A DNA stretch of 64,000 bases from contig QPGO01000044.1 of the NCBI GenBank assembly GCA_008632985.1, positions 434,001-498,000 of the forward strand, in the 5' to 3' direction. The translations under genes and the position numbers were made by a program. The stretch comes from Psammoneis japonica (lineage: Eukaryota). This document shows, piece by piece, positions 1-13,381 of this stretch (within the stretch, counting starts at the first letter, position 1; every line of letters begins with the position of its first letter). Below the pieces are notes generated by a model. It was given only the letters and a program-made list of their open reading frames with translations. It searched no databases and was not told the DNA's origin.

Positions 1-1478
1 CTTGAATATGCGCCATGGATTGTGCTTGGGTGATAGGGAGTCGTGTGCTCTCCGGCAAACAACAATACGGGTCGTCTCGTAAAAGGGCAAAGGATGGGCT
101 CGGAACACTCCACCAAATCCTGAGCATCAGCACCGGGCGGCATGTACACAAAGGCACCCCTCGAATGCGGCTCCATGCCCCATCTAGTGACTGCGTAATC
201 CAACGGAGTCGGTGGGACCTGTCCCGTGGCTTGGTGCAAAACTCGCAAACAATCCTCCACAATCTCATCATTAGTCCATTCCTGTACTTCCTTGGCAAAG
301 TCTCCTCCAAACCAAAACACAAGCACCGGCTGTGGACGATTGTGATTCACCATCAAATGGAAGCGTTCCGATGAAACCACGCCAAGGAAATCGTCGTTTT
401 GCCAAAAGGCGTGTGAAAACAAGAGTGCGCACTTGTTGAACAAACCGCATCCCAGCTTTTTGATGGACTCTTTCTTTGAAAGAGGAAGAGGAGGGACAAA
501 GTCGACGCCCCCGTGAGCTGCATCCAGTTTGAGTACTCCCAAGGGCAACGTACAAACGACGGAATCCGCTTGCAGTGTCGTGCCGTCCGAAAGAGTCACA
601 TGTACAACAGTCCGTGGTTCTTGCTGCTTTGCAATAGCCTCATAGTACTCGTTGGAAGTTTCAGAGATGGTAAATGCCTTGGCTGCAACCCCTTTGTTTG
701 CACGTGAGGATCTTCTTACACTTTGAGTTGTGCTGCCATTCTGTTGCGGTGTTTCTTCAACTTTGCGCCGTGATTTGTCATTTAGAGCCACGTTTTCTAT
801 GCGTACCACCTGGGCGTTTTCTTGAATCGTCAATCCGCTTTTTAATTTTTCCATAACAGTAGACCAGGTGGCCTGATGCAAGGATACATGTTCACCGTCA
901 TAGCCATATGGCTCATCCTCATTCCAGTCATGGCCCAACTTGTGAAAGGAAGCTCCACAGGAAACTTCTAGGTTTTGCTGGTGCCAAGAGAACAGTGCTC
1001 GGTCTTCAGGAGACATTTTGTTTAAATGCGGCTCTGCCACCTCATCGAATATCGTTCCAAAATTATCATTCTTTGTACCTTCCACAGCAAAGCTTTCGTC
1101 TAATACTTTGTTAAATAGCTCTGAAACCGTTTGATCTTGAGCCGGATCGATTTGCAATCCGTCTTCATCAAACAGCAGCGTCGATGAAACGGGACGAGTC
1201 TCGATTCCCATATGACGACACAAATCATAAATCGGATTTTCGTCAATGCCATGAATTAAAGCACCACCTAAATCAATTTCGGTGCTAGTGTCGGTTGTGG
1301 AAGAACGCAGCGCCTCACCCTTGAGTCGTCCACCCACCCGATTTCTCGCTTCCAAAACAAGCACATTGTGACGTCGCTGACGTAATTCACGGGCACAAGC
1401 CAAACCAGAAACGCCAGCGCCAATTACAATTGTACGTGGTGGGGTTGTGTCGCCATCGTTGTTTGATGTAGTTGCCAT
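1..1478 (-). CDS. Flavin-containing amine oxidase (polyamine oxidase/LSD1-type catalytic domain, no SWIRM domain seen); 3' end runs off the window
   Basis: Segments translated by hand from ATG 1478: TIVIGAGVSGLACA...VLEARNRVGGR (FAD fold), DLGGALIHGIDENP, VVCTLPLGVLK, TRWGMEPHSRGAF, LFAGEHT...STIHGAYS. First and last segments are in the same frame; absent from the ORF track, probably because no stop lies in the window. Confidence 0.9.
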   Translation of the reverse strand, partial: MATTSNNDGDTTPPRTIVIGAGVSGLACARELRQRRHNVLVLEARNRVGGRLKGEALRSSTTDTSTEIDLGGALIHGIDENPIYDLCRHMGIETRPVSSTLLFDEDGLQIDPAQDQTVSELFNKVLDESFAVEGTKNDNFGTIFDEVAEPHLNKMSPEDRALFSWHQQNLEVSCGASFHKLGHDWNEDEPYGYDGEHVSLHQATWSTVMEKLKSGLTIQENAQVVRIENVALNDKSRRKVEETPQQNGSTTQSVRRSSRANKGVAAKAFTISETSNEYYEAIAKQQEPRTVVHVTLSDGTTLQADSVVCTLPLGVLKLDAAHGGVDFVPPLPLSKKESIKKLGCGLFNKCALLFSHAFWQNDDFLGVVSSERFHLMVNHNRPQPVLVFWFGGDFAKEVQEWTNDEIVEDCLRVLHQATGQVPPTPLDYAVTRWGMEPHSRGAFVYMPPGADAQDLVECSEPILCPFTRRPVLLFAGEHTTPYHPSTIHGAYS

Positions 1479-1719
1479 GTCGATATGCTGTTGTTACAAA
1501 GACTTTACAAATAGAATATAGCGTTTAATTTTTAGAGTGTCGCTCATCGCGTCATCGCATCAGCTGCCTGAGTTGGACGCGTGGATTTTGGTTTTCTGTG
1601 CTTTCGCCAATTCGTCGCCTTTTTATTTGAACATGTTCAGCGACGTAGGGTTTTAATATGTATATAACCTCCTACATGCACGTTAAAGTATTATTTTTTG
1701 GATGTCTCAGTCGTCACTC

Positions 1720-4000
1720 TGCCATTTTCTCGCACTTAGCCGTGTTGACCATTTGCCGATGCCGCTGAGCACCCCCCCAAACACACGTGATTGTGTCCAA
1801 GTCATGCCTTGACAGACATGCTTTTTTTCAATGCAGTGTCCATGGCCACAGATTAAAAAATCTGGTGCCGTTGGATGACACAGCTGTGGGAGCCTGCACC
1901 CCATGATCTTGAGTTTTGGGGCTGCTGCTTGGGCATCTTTTCATCTCTCTGCGCACCCACCTTCTTTTGGTGCACTGCCATTTTAGCTTCAATGACAAGC
2001 TGGTGCTTGCAGTTGATTCCTGTGCTTTCAATTTGGGTGCAGGTTTTTTGGACTCAGGGACAGCAACACATGAATGTGCGCATCAGCGAGGTCAAACTGA
2101 GGAGCATTTTTTTTCCATTGGGGGCAGTTGAGTGTCAAAATTTTGGGCATGTGGGACCCAACAAAAATGTTTTTTGTGATTGCAGGTTTTGCAAGTTGGA
2201 CAGCTTTCAGCATTTTTGGAGCACAGGACCAAGATGGCAGGCAGCCCCAGTCATCTGGTTTGGAGGCAGGGTGCACAAAGAGTGCGCAGCTGGCAGCCAG
2301 CGAGCTTGCACCATTTGGCAATGCCAGCAGCAGCAGCTGGAAAGGAAAAACAGGTGTTGCACATTGCAGCAGAGCAGCTGTTGTCATGCTTTCTGTTGGC
2401 TAAGAAGTTGCCACAGTCAGAGTGGCTGCCAAGGTGAGAGAGCTCCTCCTCTCAGCTTGGTTTGTGCTTTGCATGGCTGTGCGCCATTCTTTTTTGTTGG
2501 CTGAGCTCAGTGTGGGGTGCACTGCCATTTTGTCAAGGTGGGTGAGATCCCAGTGCAAAGTGGAAAGGTCAAAGCAAATGGAGCAATGTGTGAGAGAGGG
2601 GGGCAAGGAGGGAGAAGTTGTTGGCAGCAGCAGGCAAGCAAGCAAGTGTCCTTGCAAAAAGGGTTGAAACCATCTCTGGCAAGAACTGGCAGCATTGGAA
2701 GCACAGAAAAAAGAGCACATGTCAACACTCAAATGCTTGGAAATCAGGGCTCCACTGGGTGCTGGACTCAGATGCACAGCACTACAGTTTTCTGAGCATT
2801 TGTTTTGTGCACTTGGTGGCTTGAATTGGAAAATGCTTTTGCAGCGGCAATTGAGCACAATTTTTGCATTTGTTGTTGACTTTTGTTGGCTCATTCTGAA
2901 GAAACCTCTTGCCACATTGAAAAATGTTTGGCTCACCTTGCTCTGCAGAGATGTCTTGTCATTTTGTCACCTGGAGCAAGTGACAAAACTGCAGCAAGTT
3001 GCAAAAACAAGAATGGAGCTCTGCAGAAATGACAAGTGCACTCACAATTTTGTTCATTTCATGTGGCTCAAAGTGCCACTCTTGAGGAGTCATTGTTCAG
3101 CACCATGGCCAGTGGCCAGAAATTGTTGTGGACAATTTGTGTTTTGCTCTTTTTGCATGGCACAGCAATGGAGGTGACATTTGGCCTGCCCCATGTGTTG
3201 CACAAAATGACAGTGTCACAAGAGACAGAAGCAATCTCTCTAAACAAAACAATGCAGCAAAAGCCATTGGAGATGTGCTCAAAAGATCAGATCCAGAGTC
3301 AGCTTGTTGAGCAGACACTTCACCCAGATTGCTGGCACAGTCAAGTTTGCATGCGAAGCTCTTTTTTCAGCCCAGATGAAGAGCCACACAATGTTGAGCT
3401 GCTCAAGAGCGGGGCCCTGTTGTGTCGGCCAAGTCATGTGCTGGCTGTGTTTGATTTCTTGTTCAGGACATTCAGCCAATCATTTTTGGTGGATGTGCAA
3501 GCTGGTCTTTGGCACAGCAATTTTTGCAATCAAAGTTTTGAAGTGTGTGTCTTTAGAGTGTCTTCAATTTCCAGCCTCTTTGCTGTGTTGTCCACCCCCC
3601 CTCCCCCAAGAGAGTTGATCTCACTTCACATGTGGTGCATGGATGTTGTGTTCCAACTTGACTCTTGAGAATGCTCCCCAGCCAAGCATGCAAGCATGTG
3701 ACTGCATTGGCAATGGGGGGTGGTGAAAAACCGATCGAGCTGCATGCATGAAGGGGAATGGGGACTCAAAGCACAGCTCAATGCACACGGAAAAGCAGCA
3801 ATGGGCGATGCTGACCTGATTGTCTCTACAGAGTTTGTGCATCATTTTTAGTTGTTCGTTGTTGTCTTGACTGCAATGTGATGCCGCTCGCATGAGTGGC
3901 CTCAGTGATGGCGCAACTCACACGGCAACAATTGCTTCATTTGTTCTTTGTTCCACCCTCCAAGTGTGGCACGGCGTAATTTCGCATCCCACTCTCACTC
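1720..4000. other. CpG- and TpA-depleted hypermutated block 1 with unidentifiable gene relics
   Basis: TA and CG rare, TG/CA in excess; ORF-track peptides are Tyr-free and Cys/His-rich. 3036-3668 resembles a decayed type II membrane protein. Boundaries approximate. Confidence 0.75.
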
Positions 4001-4530
4001 CATGTTCTCGTCCCAATTGCCTGTACAAGTGATGGTCGCACAGGTTGAAGATCTTTTGAAGCATTTGTCCAGTCGCATTCTTGAGTTCAGATTTGTTATG
4101 CTCTCCAACATGTTTGGTTTGCCGCCATCGCTTTTAGCCAATGACTCTGTTGAACAAGCCCACAACTGTACAATCGGAAACTAGCTCCTTCCCCTCACCT
4201 GAATAGCCCACCCAGGTTTCTAATTCCTTGATAGATCCAGAAAAGGCTGATGGTCCTTCGTCACCCAACGGTCTTTCCACAATCCACAACGTCGCGTGTG
4301 TTAAAAATCAAAGAAGCTAGGAGCGTCTGGCTTGGGCGCGCACGTTGCAATGCGCACTCATTCAAATCGATGTCAGCCTTAGATTCACTATTTTTTAATC
4401 TGCTTCTGCCAAAGAGAGTGAACTTTCCCCCCTCGTCCTTTTCTAACCTTGGTCCATTCCCAAGCGAACCTCTTTCGAACGGTTCTATTGACTCCCCTGC
4501 AAAGGCGAAAGCTTGGCGCCACCACTGCTC
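3990..4530 (-). pseudogene. Deleted relic of a sulfotransferase paralogue
   Basis: Collinear fragments match the neighbouring gene: ADIDLNECALQRA ~ GDIDDAEEEWLSRA; FSGSIKELETWVGY ~ FSGSQQEREAWNRY; HWLKAM ~ QWLDAM; MLQKIFNLCDHHLYRQLG ~ ELRKLFHPYNQRLYAMLG. Confidence 0.55.
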
Positions 4531-4552
4531 CACTTCACACCCTCTGAACTGA

Positions 4553-6031
4553 TCAGCCCCATACGCCTTCCCAGTCCGCACCCAGCATGGCATACAGCCG
4601 CTGATTGTACGGATGGAAGAGTTTGCGCAATTCGTCACGAGTCTCGTTCTTTATTGGCGCTCTGTACGTTCCAACATTTCGATAATCGTGGTCTGGAAGC
4701 GTGAAATCGTCGACGCCGAGAAACTTCCAAATCTTGGACATTTGATCATCTGTCTTGGACTTGAGCAGCTCGCTTCTTACAATCATCAAGTCAGATCGAG
4801 GCTTTCCCGCCTCCTCCATGGCATCAAGCCATTGCTGCAACTGAAGAGCGTACAAACTTCGACCGACACAATTATCGTTTTTTCGTTGTGTTCTAATGTA
4901 TCTATTCCACGCTTCTCTCTCTTGTTGAGAGCCAGAAAAGCTTTCGAAATCAATCTTGTTCCAGTCTTGAAGGACACCTGATTGTTGCAGCACCTCCATG
5001 TCGGGTCGTATCCAATCTTCAAAGGATGGGACATCTCTGGGGCTTAGGTTCTTTGTACGATGATTGTAGTTGGAATAGATTCTCTCGATAGGGTCACGCA
5101 ACATTATCAATAGCTTGGCATGGGGAGCAACACACATAACTTGCTGAGGCACCCGATCGGACCAAAGGAGGTACGTGGGTGAATTATCTAGAGCCAACAC
5201 TGTAGAGTTCGTTTCTGCAAGCCCGTCTCGTCGAAACCATTCCGAGTATTCTTCACGTGCTTCCTTGAATAGAATCCCCTCAGTTGTCATGTAGTCATCA
5301 AAGTTATAATCAAAGAAATGCATCTCGTTCAACTTTGGGTCGAGAAACCTTGGGTGCTGTCGAATGTACTGAGAAAGCGCCGAGGTACCGCTCTTCATTG
5401 CTCCCAACAAAATGGCGCGAGGAGCACGCGATAACCATTCTTCCTCGGCATCATCAATGTCTCCATCATGCTTGATGCAAGTATGGTTGTCAAACTTGGG
5501 AAACATTATAGGTGCAAACGAACTCGGTTTAGGTCTAAAATAACGTGTCTTCTTGATGTTCTTTCCGCTGTTTCTGTGATGAGACGCGGCTCCCACAGTT
5601 GATGCTCGCCCTCGATGAAGCTTCTTCCTTTTTGAGATTATGCCTATTCCACCATGCTGATATGGCCTGCCCTGCTTGGAGCGAATCCTGTTTCCTTCCC
5701 ACCAAGCTATGTTTTCCTGACTGTTTACTTTACCTTCTTCCCAAGGAACACGCTTTGCGACGCCATTCTGGAGCGCTTCATTTTTTCCAAGACTTGCCTT
5801 TTCTATCTCTTCCGCGTCGTTTTTCTCCAGATCTTCCTTCAACATAAGTTGATTAGCTACCAGAGAAGCCGTCACCAACCCAACAACTAAGAGCTTCACA
5901 AGGATTCTCCAGCACTCTAGGTTTCCCTCTCTGCTAGCGTGGTCGGGTTTCGACTCTCTTGGAGAAACTAGTTCAGCTTTCTCCATGACATCATCTGTTT
6001 TGTCCTCGCTGTGCTGTCCCACACGCCTCAT
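4553..6031 (-). CDS. Type II membrane sulfotransferase (Sulfotransfer_1, heparan sulfate 3-O-sulfotransferase-like)
   Basis: 492-aa ORF; N-terminal TM; 5'-PSB motif LLGAMKSGTSAL, EMHFFD, 3'-PB motif LRDPIERIYSNY, C-terminal LFHPYNQRL. Confidence 0.9.
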   Translation of the reverse strand: MRRVGQHSEDKTDDVMEKAELVSPRESKPDHASREGNLECWRILVKLLVVGLVTASLVANQLMLKEDLEKNDAEEIEKASLGKNEALQNGVAKRVPWEEGKVNSQENIAWWEGNRIRSKQGRPYQHGGIGIISKRKKLHRGRASTVGAASHHRNSGKNIKKTRYFRPKPSSFAPIMFPKFDNHTCIKHDGDIDDAEEEWLSRAPRAILLGAMKSGTSALSQYIRQHPRFLDPKLNEMHFFDYNFDDYMTTEGILFKEAREEYSEWFRRDGLAETNSTVLALDNSPTYLLWSDRVPQQVMCVAPHAKLLIMLRDPIERIYSNYNHRTKNLSPRDVPSFEDWIRPDMEVLQQSGVLQDWNKIDFESFSGSQQEREAWNRYIRTQRKNDNCVGRSLYALQLQQWLDAMEEAGKPRSDLMIVRSELLKSKTDDQMSKIWKFLGVDDFTLPDHDYRNVGTYRAPIKNETRDELRKLFHPYNQRLYAMLGADWEGVWG

Positions 6032-6723
6032 GCTTCAACACTTTCTTTGCTCCTAAATTCCGCATTGTGTTTTCCACAAAGGCAGCGGCACTTCTCGATC
6101 CATCAGACATCAGACATGCTATCGTACCTTTATGCGTTGAACCGCTGTTTGCGGTTGGAGGGTGCGCGTAGACTGTCCGTTGGATTTTCTGCCCCCCCCC
6201 CCCCCCGCCACGTTTCACCTGGTGTGGGCATGCAGAGTCGTCGAGTGATGCCAGAGTCGTCAACACGCCAACAAAACCCGGATGCCAAAGTGTTGGAAGG
6301 AACACACAAAACAGCATCATTGACCACTGGCTGGTGGCAGCAGAAAGAGCTCTGGCAGAAGAGTGGCCCACATCAAAGGACAAGGAATTCCATTTGGGGC
6401 CAAGTGTGATGCCAAAGAAGAGCTGGCATGAAAGCCAAACATGCCCAGCCGGTCTTGGCCATTGTGGAAGCACGGCGCACATCAGACAGCAGTCGCGGCA
6501 GAGCAGCAAGTGGCCAGAGCAAGAGAAAGGCAAGAGGCTTTAGAGCAAGAATTGATTGACAAGCAAAAAAGAGATGAGGAAAAACAAACTCAGCACCAGG
6601 CCTTGGAAAATCCCAAGGCAGCTGCAAAAGAGCATTTGTGTGAGGGGGGGACGACCAAAAACAGAGGAAGGGCACAGCCAGGCAAAACAGGATGTTTCAA
6701 GAACAAGCAAGATGTAGAGAGAA

Positions 6724-7071
6724 TTGCCAATCAAGGCAAAAAGCAAAGGCACATTCAAGCTTCAACAGCAGCAGTCTAAACAGCGGCACAGTCACAGCTC
6801 CTCACAGCCAACCCTCTGCAGCAACAGCGGTCACAACAACAGAAGCTCAAATGTCGCCAGCAGTCACAATGATGGCAGTTGCAACAATCACAGTTTCCAC
6901 AATGGTGGTTGCCACAGTGGCAGCTGCAATGGCAGTGACTGCAGTGGCAGCAGTTGCAGTGCAGCCCAAATGGCAGCAGCCACAATGGTGCCAGCCACAA
7001 AACAGCAGCAATTTCAATGGCAGCAGCTGCAATGGTGGCAGTCAAAATGGCAGTGGTGGTGGCAGTCATGA
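6724..7071 (+). pseudogene. Low-complexity Gly/Ser/Asn tail of a decayed gene, probably Tyr-rich originally
   Basis: GSCNNHSFHNGGCHSGSCNGSDCSGSSCS reads as a GSY/NGGY-type repeat if Cys/His are reverted to Tyr (inference). Confidence 0.35.
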
Positions 7072-8599
7072 TGCCAAGAGCAGTGAACTCACAGGCACCA
7101 GCTTTTGAGGGCAGCGCAGCCCTGCTGCAGCTGAGATTTTAGGCCCACAGCATTGAAAGACATGCCCTTCCTTGGAAGTGTCAATCAATGCCTCAGACTT
7201 GTTCCAGACTTGGGTGGCATGCTCATGCCCATTTTTGCACAAAAAATGAATGTTTTGTGCTTTGTGCAACATTGTTGACATTTCATTTAAATGATCATGT
7301 GAATGGCTTTTAAGCAAAACAAACAGAGCAAATTCAAGTCAACAAACAGCCAAAACGGCCACGGCTTTCAGGGACCATGACGGCCCACTTTTTTCAACCT
7401 CATGGAAAATTGAATGTCATGACAAGGATCGCAGCATTTAACACAGTCTGTGTGGCATCTGTCACAACAATGAAAATGCCTGATGCAGGCTGCAGCGCGG
7501 CATGAGAAGACTCAATCTGTCAGCACCAACAATTGAGCCTCAATTCGCTCACAACAATTTGCCTCCAAGGTGCACATTTCTTTTCCATTCCCATGTGTGT
7601 TTCCTCCACAATGTGGACTCATGCAAGTGTGTCAGTCATTTGTGCCAAAAGAACAGTGAAAAAGGGTCCAAAGTTGATGCCATTGTGTGTGCTGAGCTTC
7701 ACTTCTTCTCACGTCTTCCGAAACTTGTCAATTGACATTTGTTTTGTTCAATCCATTGACAGCAACTTGTGTTCAAACAAGTGGATGAAATGTTGTTTAT
7801 GTTGCATTTGAGAGCACATTGGCACACAAGAACAACAATTGATGTTGTTCATTGACACAACACAAAAACAGTTGCAAATCGCTCATCAGAAAAAAGAGCT
7901 CTCATCTCACGGCACAATTTGGCGATCAACAACTTGGTCCACCATCCTCAGTTTCTCATGCATGGGTGCATGCACAAGACCTTTCTGCATGTGCCCATGT
8001 CAATGCATTTGAAGATCATCACATTTCAACCATTGAAAATTGCGCCGTAAGTTTGGACTGCGCGTTCATGTGAAAAGGGGCTTTTTTTTGCATGTGTGCA
8101 CACCTGAGTCTGGAACAAGTGCTCACCAGGGAGCAACCTCCCTTGGCTCCAGTTGGCTGTCTTGATGTTCAGAGGTGGGGGGGGGGGGGGGGGGCAAGCC
8201 ACGTGAGCATCTTTGCAAGAAGAAGTTGCCTGGGTGCCAGCCACTGCAGCCAGCGAGCAACCCATGCAGTCACTCAAATGTTCAGAGACAAAAGCAACCT
8301 CATTTGCCAGCTGTTCCCAGACTTTTCCAAAAGCGGCATGTTGCAGATTGTCACAACAAATGCCCTGTGCCCTTGAGCCACCCCTTTTCTCCCCTTTTGA
8401 CATGTTCCAGCCATGCACAAACCAAAGCGTGTGCACAAAAATAACATTTGTGTGAAAAGTCTTCACTCAGCTCTCTTTTCTCATGTGTGTGCACTTCTCT
8501 GAGTGCAATGAAGCATGGCATGTGTCAGCATTGTTGATGGGAAAAGTTTGGTGGCAAAGCAACATCAGAAACCCAAGAGTTGGGGAAAAACCCTTGACC

Positions 8600-11500
8600 T
8601 CAAACTCGATGCTGCACAACTTGCCAAATGTCAAGTCGTTCTGCCACATGAGGCACCCGTTGAACCGCAATGGTGCCATTTGCATGTTCTTGAACAACTG
8701 GGTGTGCACTGTGTGCTCGAGGAGTCAGCTTGGTGGGATCAATGGTCTTGACAAAAACTTGGCCACCAACTTGAAAGTCATGGATCAGTTCTTGGCATTC
8801 ACTCTGTGGAGAGTCATGTTGGTGATTGCTTGTTGACGTTCTTGAACAGCAGCAAGATCTGCCGGAACTGGCAGGGTCTAAGATCATGTCACATTAGAAA
8901 ACCACAGCACCAGGAGAAATCTTGAGAGCCCAGGACACCGCGCATCACATGGCATGCACACAGCTGTTGCCAGCACATCATCCACCAGCTGATCAGCTTG
9001 CCCAATGTTCTGCGGAGGGCAAAGATGAAGCAAAGCACGCAAGACATTGCCAACAATTTGATGCATGCATTTGCGTGCCACATTGGCCTGTGGATTTCTG
9101 GAAGCAGCAGGTGCATCCTCCACTCCCGCCTGCTGCAACAACAGTTGAAAATCCTCTCCAATGAACTCCCCTCCATTGTCATGAATGCAACGGTTGGGAT
9201 GAGGACAACAAGACAACCAACAATTCTTGAACTGTTGGGCAGTGTGAGCTGAGGTTTTGTTGTCAATTCGAGTGAGCTCAGCAACATTCGAAACAACATC
9301 AATGCAAGTCAAAGCATTGAATTCAATCTCCTGGCCCTGGACATCAATCTTCCACAGACCAATGAGGTCAACTGCCATTTCATTCCATGGGAGCAAAGAT
9401 GCTTCATGTTCAGGTGATTCCCCATGTCCTGGACCCAAAGTTTTTAAACATTGACAATCAGCACAATGAAGCTCTTTGCAAGTCAAATGAAGGACAGGAT
9501 GACAAAAATGTGCACCAACAGCAGAGTGCATTTGATGCACTCCCACATGCCCCAATGTCCCACGGCACCAGCAAATCATGTCACACAACAAACAAGCAGC
9601 AGCAGGAGTGCAGATTTTCCATGCCATTGGAGGATCATTGGGATGAGAACGATGACAAATCACAGGATGCTGGTTCACATGCTCTGCAACAAATTGTTCC
9701 AGATGCTGTTGCCATGTGTTGTTCAGTTCCATGTCAACAAATTGGTGCTCTTGGATCCGTTGCATGGTTGTGGGGTTTTGCATTTTGTCAAGTGAGGGAC
9801 AGTTCAAAAATGATTCACACAGCTCAGGGGATCATCAACGAAGGAGGAGTGGAGTTGAGATGGTTCTTCACAACAGGAAAATGAGACACATGATCCAGGT
9901 TGTCAAGCTCCTCTTTATGAGGCAGCATGGCAGTGTCAATCACCTTGAAATCTGTCAACTTGCCCTTGTTGGGAGCACACTTCCCTTCTGTTGGGGAGGC
10001 TCCATGTGAGGCAATTGTGAGAAACAGTTGGTCAACAGGTTGTCCTTGCCAACAACACACTCAAAGGTTGGAGCAAAGTCTTCCAAAAAGAGTCTTCACC
10101 TGAGTGCTCATTGAGAGTTGAGTGTGCGAAAGGTGAGATTTTTATGACAAGCAAAAACAGCACAATCAGCCCCAAGTGGCATGGTGCAGAACATTTTTTG
10201 AAACACATTGCCGCCGAGAGAAGCTCTTTCTCAATGGGTGAACAACTCTGTTGTGCTGCACTGAGCTTCTGCAACCAGCATGCTGCTGGCTTTCCTTCTT
10301 GCATGATCACTGCACCCATTTGATGATCGGAGGAGTTGGCACAAATGTGGAAGGGTTTGTCATGATTTGGACAGACCCAAAGGGTGTCATCCAACATCAA
10401 CGTTTTTGCATCTTCAAAGGCCTTCTGACATTCCAGAGTCCATTCCAACTTGCTCTTGCCGGTTAACTTTGGAAGTGGAGCAAGTGCATGAGAGCAACAG
10501 GGCCACATGTTGTGACAACAGGTTGCTGCACCAATGAAAGATCATAGCTGTGTCATGTTCTGGGGAGGTTGCATCCGTAGAACTGCTTCAACCTTTTTTT
10601 TTCACGGTTGAACTCCTGCAGGTGTGAGCCAATGGCCTGGAAAATCCATCTCTTGGATGCACCACTCACACTTGAGTGGATTGACCTTGAGATTGTTCTC
10701 TTCCAGTCTGGACAACAACTTGTTGAGTCAGTGCATGTGAGTGTCAAACGCATCATCAAACTGAGCAATGTCATCAACACAAGCTTCAACATCAAGTCCA
10801 TTTGCCACTTTCTCAATGACAGCTTGAGCAATGTTGGGAGAAGTCTTCAAACCCATGGCTGGTCGGCAGTGTTGGAACTTTCCAAATGGAGTGACAACAG
10901 CACACAAATGCTCAGATTCTTCATCAAGCTCGCAATGTGACAGCAGAACATGGTGAGGTCCAGCTTGGTTAAAAACTTGTGTCCTGATCATCGGTGCAAG
11001 ACATCTTGAACAATTGGCAGAGGACATGCTTTCCACTCAAGCACCTTGTTTAATTCTCAAAAGCAAGATGCCCACCTAACTTGCCTGTCCTTCTTGGGTG
11101 TTGTGAAGGTTCTGGCCACCCACTCTGTTGGTCCCATTGGTTCTGATGCACCAATGTTGCAAAGGTGTTGTGGTTCCTTCTTGAAAACAGCCTCATCTCT
11201 CTTGGACACTTCACAGGCTTTAGAGTGAAAGGGAACGGCGTTGGGATCAACTTCCAAATGAACAGTTTCATGTGGACATTTGCCAAGGGTCCCATCAAAA
11301 AGGGTTTCATGCTTTTCAAGCATGGCTTGAAGCTTGTCACATTGGTTTGGAGTTGAACGAGTTTGTGGTTGCACAACTTTCTCAGTTGATGCTTTTTCAC
11401 ACTTGGCATCTAACATGAAGGCTTGACCCTGGTGGTCTTCATCATTTTTGTCCTCCTCACAGCACATCCAACCAACTCTAAACTTGGTTCCAATGATTGG

Positions 11501-13381
11501 ATTGCTCCATTGGGATCAAAGCATCCAACCACTTTATGATTCTGAATCAAAAATCAAGTGCTGTGCCACCAGCCTTGGCAAGAAAGTCTTGGCCTGACAT
11601 CATGTCACATTTGCACGGAGAATCGAAAACTTGAGCAGCAATGTTGTCAACTTGTTTGGACCTGTCAAATTTGGGTGGCACCAAATCCTTCATGATGACA
11701 TGTTGGGAGGATTCATGATGCCCAGCTGCTGTCTGAAAACTCAGCCATCCCTCATGGTTCACAGCTGGATTGGTTCCCTCAGGCAGAACTTGAGAATGCA
11801 CAAGGGTGTCAACACCTCCTGAATCTGACAATGCACACAGTGCTTGCTTGCTCTTTTGGTTTTGAATTGTGCGTGCTGCCATCAACGTCGCAGGCACAAC
11901 ATTCAATGGTTCAGGAGTCACAGTTTTCAGGGTTGGCACAGTGCACTTCAAAGTGCCACCCATTTTTTCTTCATTCACAGCATGAGATTCCATCAGGTCT
12001 CCCACACTTTTATCAACATTGGAACACAAACATTCATCACAATCACACAAAACACAAAAAGATTGAGCAACACACTCTGACTCAGGCACTTCTGTCCTTT
12101 GTCAATCATGCCAACTGCACTGGCCTTGAGGGAAGCAACCACCCTGGTTGTGCCCATTTCCACCTTGCATCTCATGAGGCCCTCCTTGATCAAAATGGTG
12201 CAACTCCATTTGCCAGCCACCAGGAGGAGCTGCTCCACCCCGATTTCCACAGCCTCGGGCATCACCATTGGCTTGGGTGCTGTTTTAAAATCAGGATCCA
12301 CCACCTTGAGAATTGTGGGGACCTTGACAGTTGCCATGACCTCAGTTGCCACAATTGCCTTGGTTGCCACAGCTGCCACATCCTCAACCTTGGAAGTTGC
12401 CATGACCTCCTTGGCCTTGTGAACCTCTGCTCTGACAGTTCTCTTGGCCTCCACCTTGACCTCTGCCACGGTCTGACCTTGGTTGTCAATTTTGGCTCTC
12501 CAGGGTTCAAAATGCAGTCCTTCCACTTGTGATCATGATCAGTGTGCGCCGGACACCTGGACTCTGGATCCACTTGACTGCCATTCCCACAAAAAACGTC
12601 TTGAGGATTGGGATGAAGGAGCATCACTTTTTTTCTTGTCTTGCTTTTTGCTGTTGCTTTTGTCCGCAAAGGATTTCTTGTTGTTCGTGCAGCTGATGAT
12701 CTCCACGAGGCTGTCGTTGGCTGTCAAATGTCCCACACAAGCACACATTTCATGCCATGGACAAGGGAAGCTGTCAAATGTCATCTTTTTCTTCTGAGCA
12801 TTGTTGACTTGGGGGGCATTTCCAGGTGGCTTGTTTGAATGGCAAGTTGAAGTCTCCATGCAATCAGCGTGCACCTGCACTTCCAACTTGAATGGTTTTT
12901 TCATGGTCAGCAAGCATTCAATCACAGCATCACATGCTTCATTGTCACAGCAAGACAAACAGAAATGGTTCATCTCTTGATCAAAATGTGCAACAGTTTT
13001 GTCAGCATCAGCAACAGCATCAGTCAAGTTTGCCCACTTGTCTCCCACAGCATCAGCTGACACTTCCTCAAAACTGTCAAAACAATTCCTTGCCAGCAGT
13101 GAACATTCCAACTTCACTTCAATTTTATGAGAATGATCCTCAATGAACAACAATGCTTCAATGCCGTGAGCACCACCAAAATGTGGACACTTCCTGGTGT
13201 GGGTGCTGCCATCATCATCGCATGACTGACTTGATTTTACATCCTCCAAATCAGAGTGCTCAAACTTTGCCTCATGGTCCTTGATGCAGGGTTCCTTCAA
13301 TGATTCACAGTGGTCCTCTCCATGGACTCCACCTTTGACTCCAAATGGCACACTCAGCTTGCCAAATTCTGATCGTGTCAT
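8600..13381 (-). mobile_element. Degenerate Ty3/gypsy LTR retrotransposon (gag-protease-RT-RNase H-integrase); LTRs not resolved
   Basis: Gypsy domain order on the minus strand: gag (12539-13381), protease (ALSDSGG, 11547-12089), RT (VTPFGKFQHCR, CVDDI for YxDD), RNase H (HICANSSDHQMGAVIMQEGKP, IEKELLS), integrase (PWNEMAVDLIG, CIHDNGGEF, NPQAN). Many stops and frameshifts. Confidence 0.93.

Noticed and set aside
6192..8194. Poly-C and poly-G runs as functional G-quadruplex sites
   Set aside because: Simple homopolymers of unreliable length with no supporting context.
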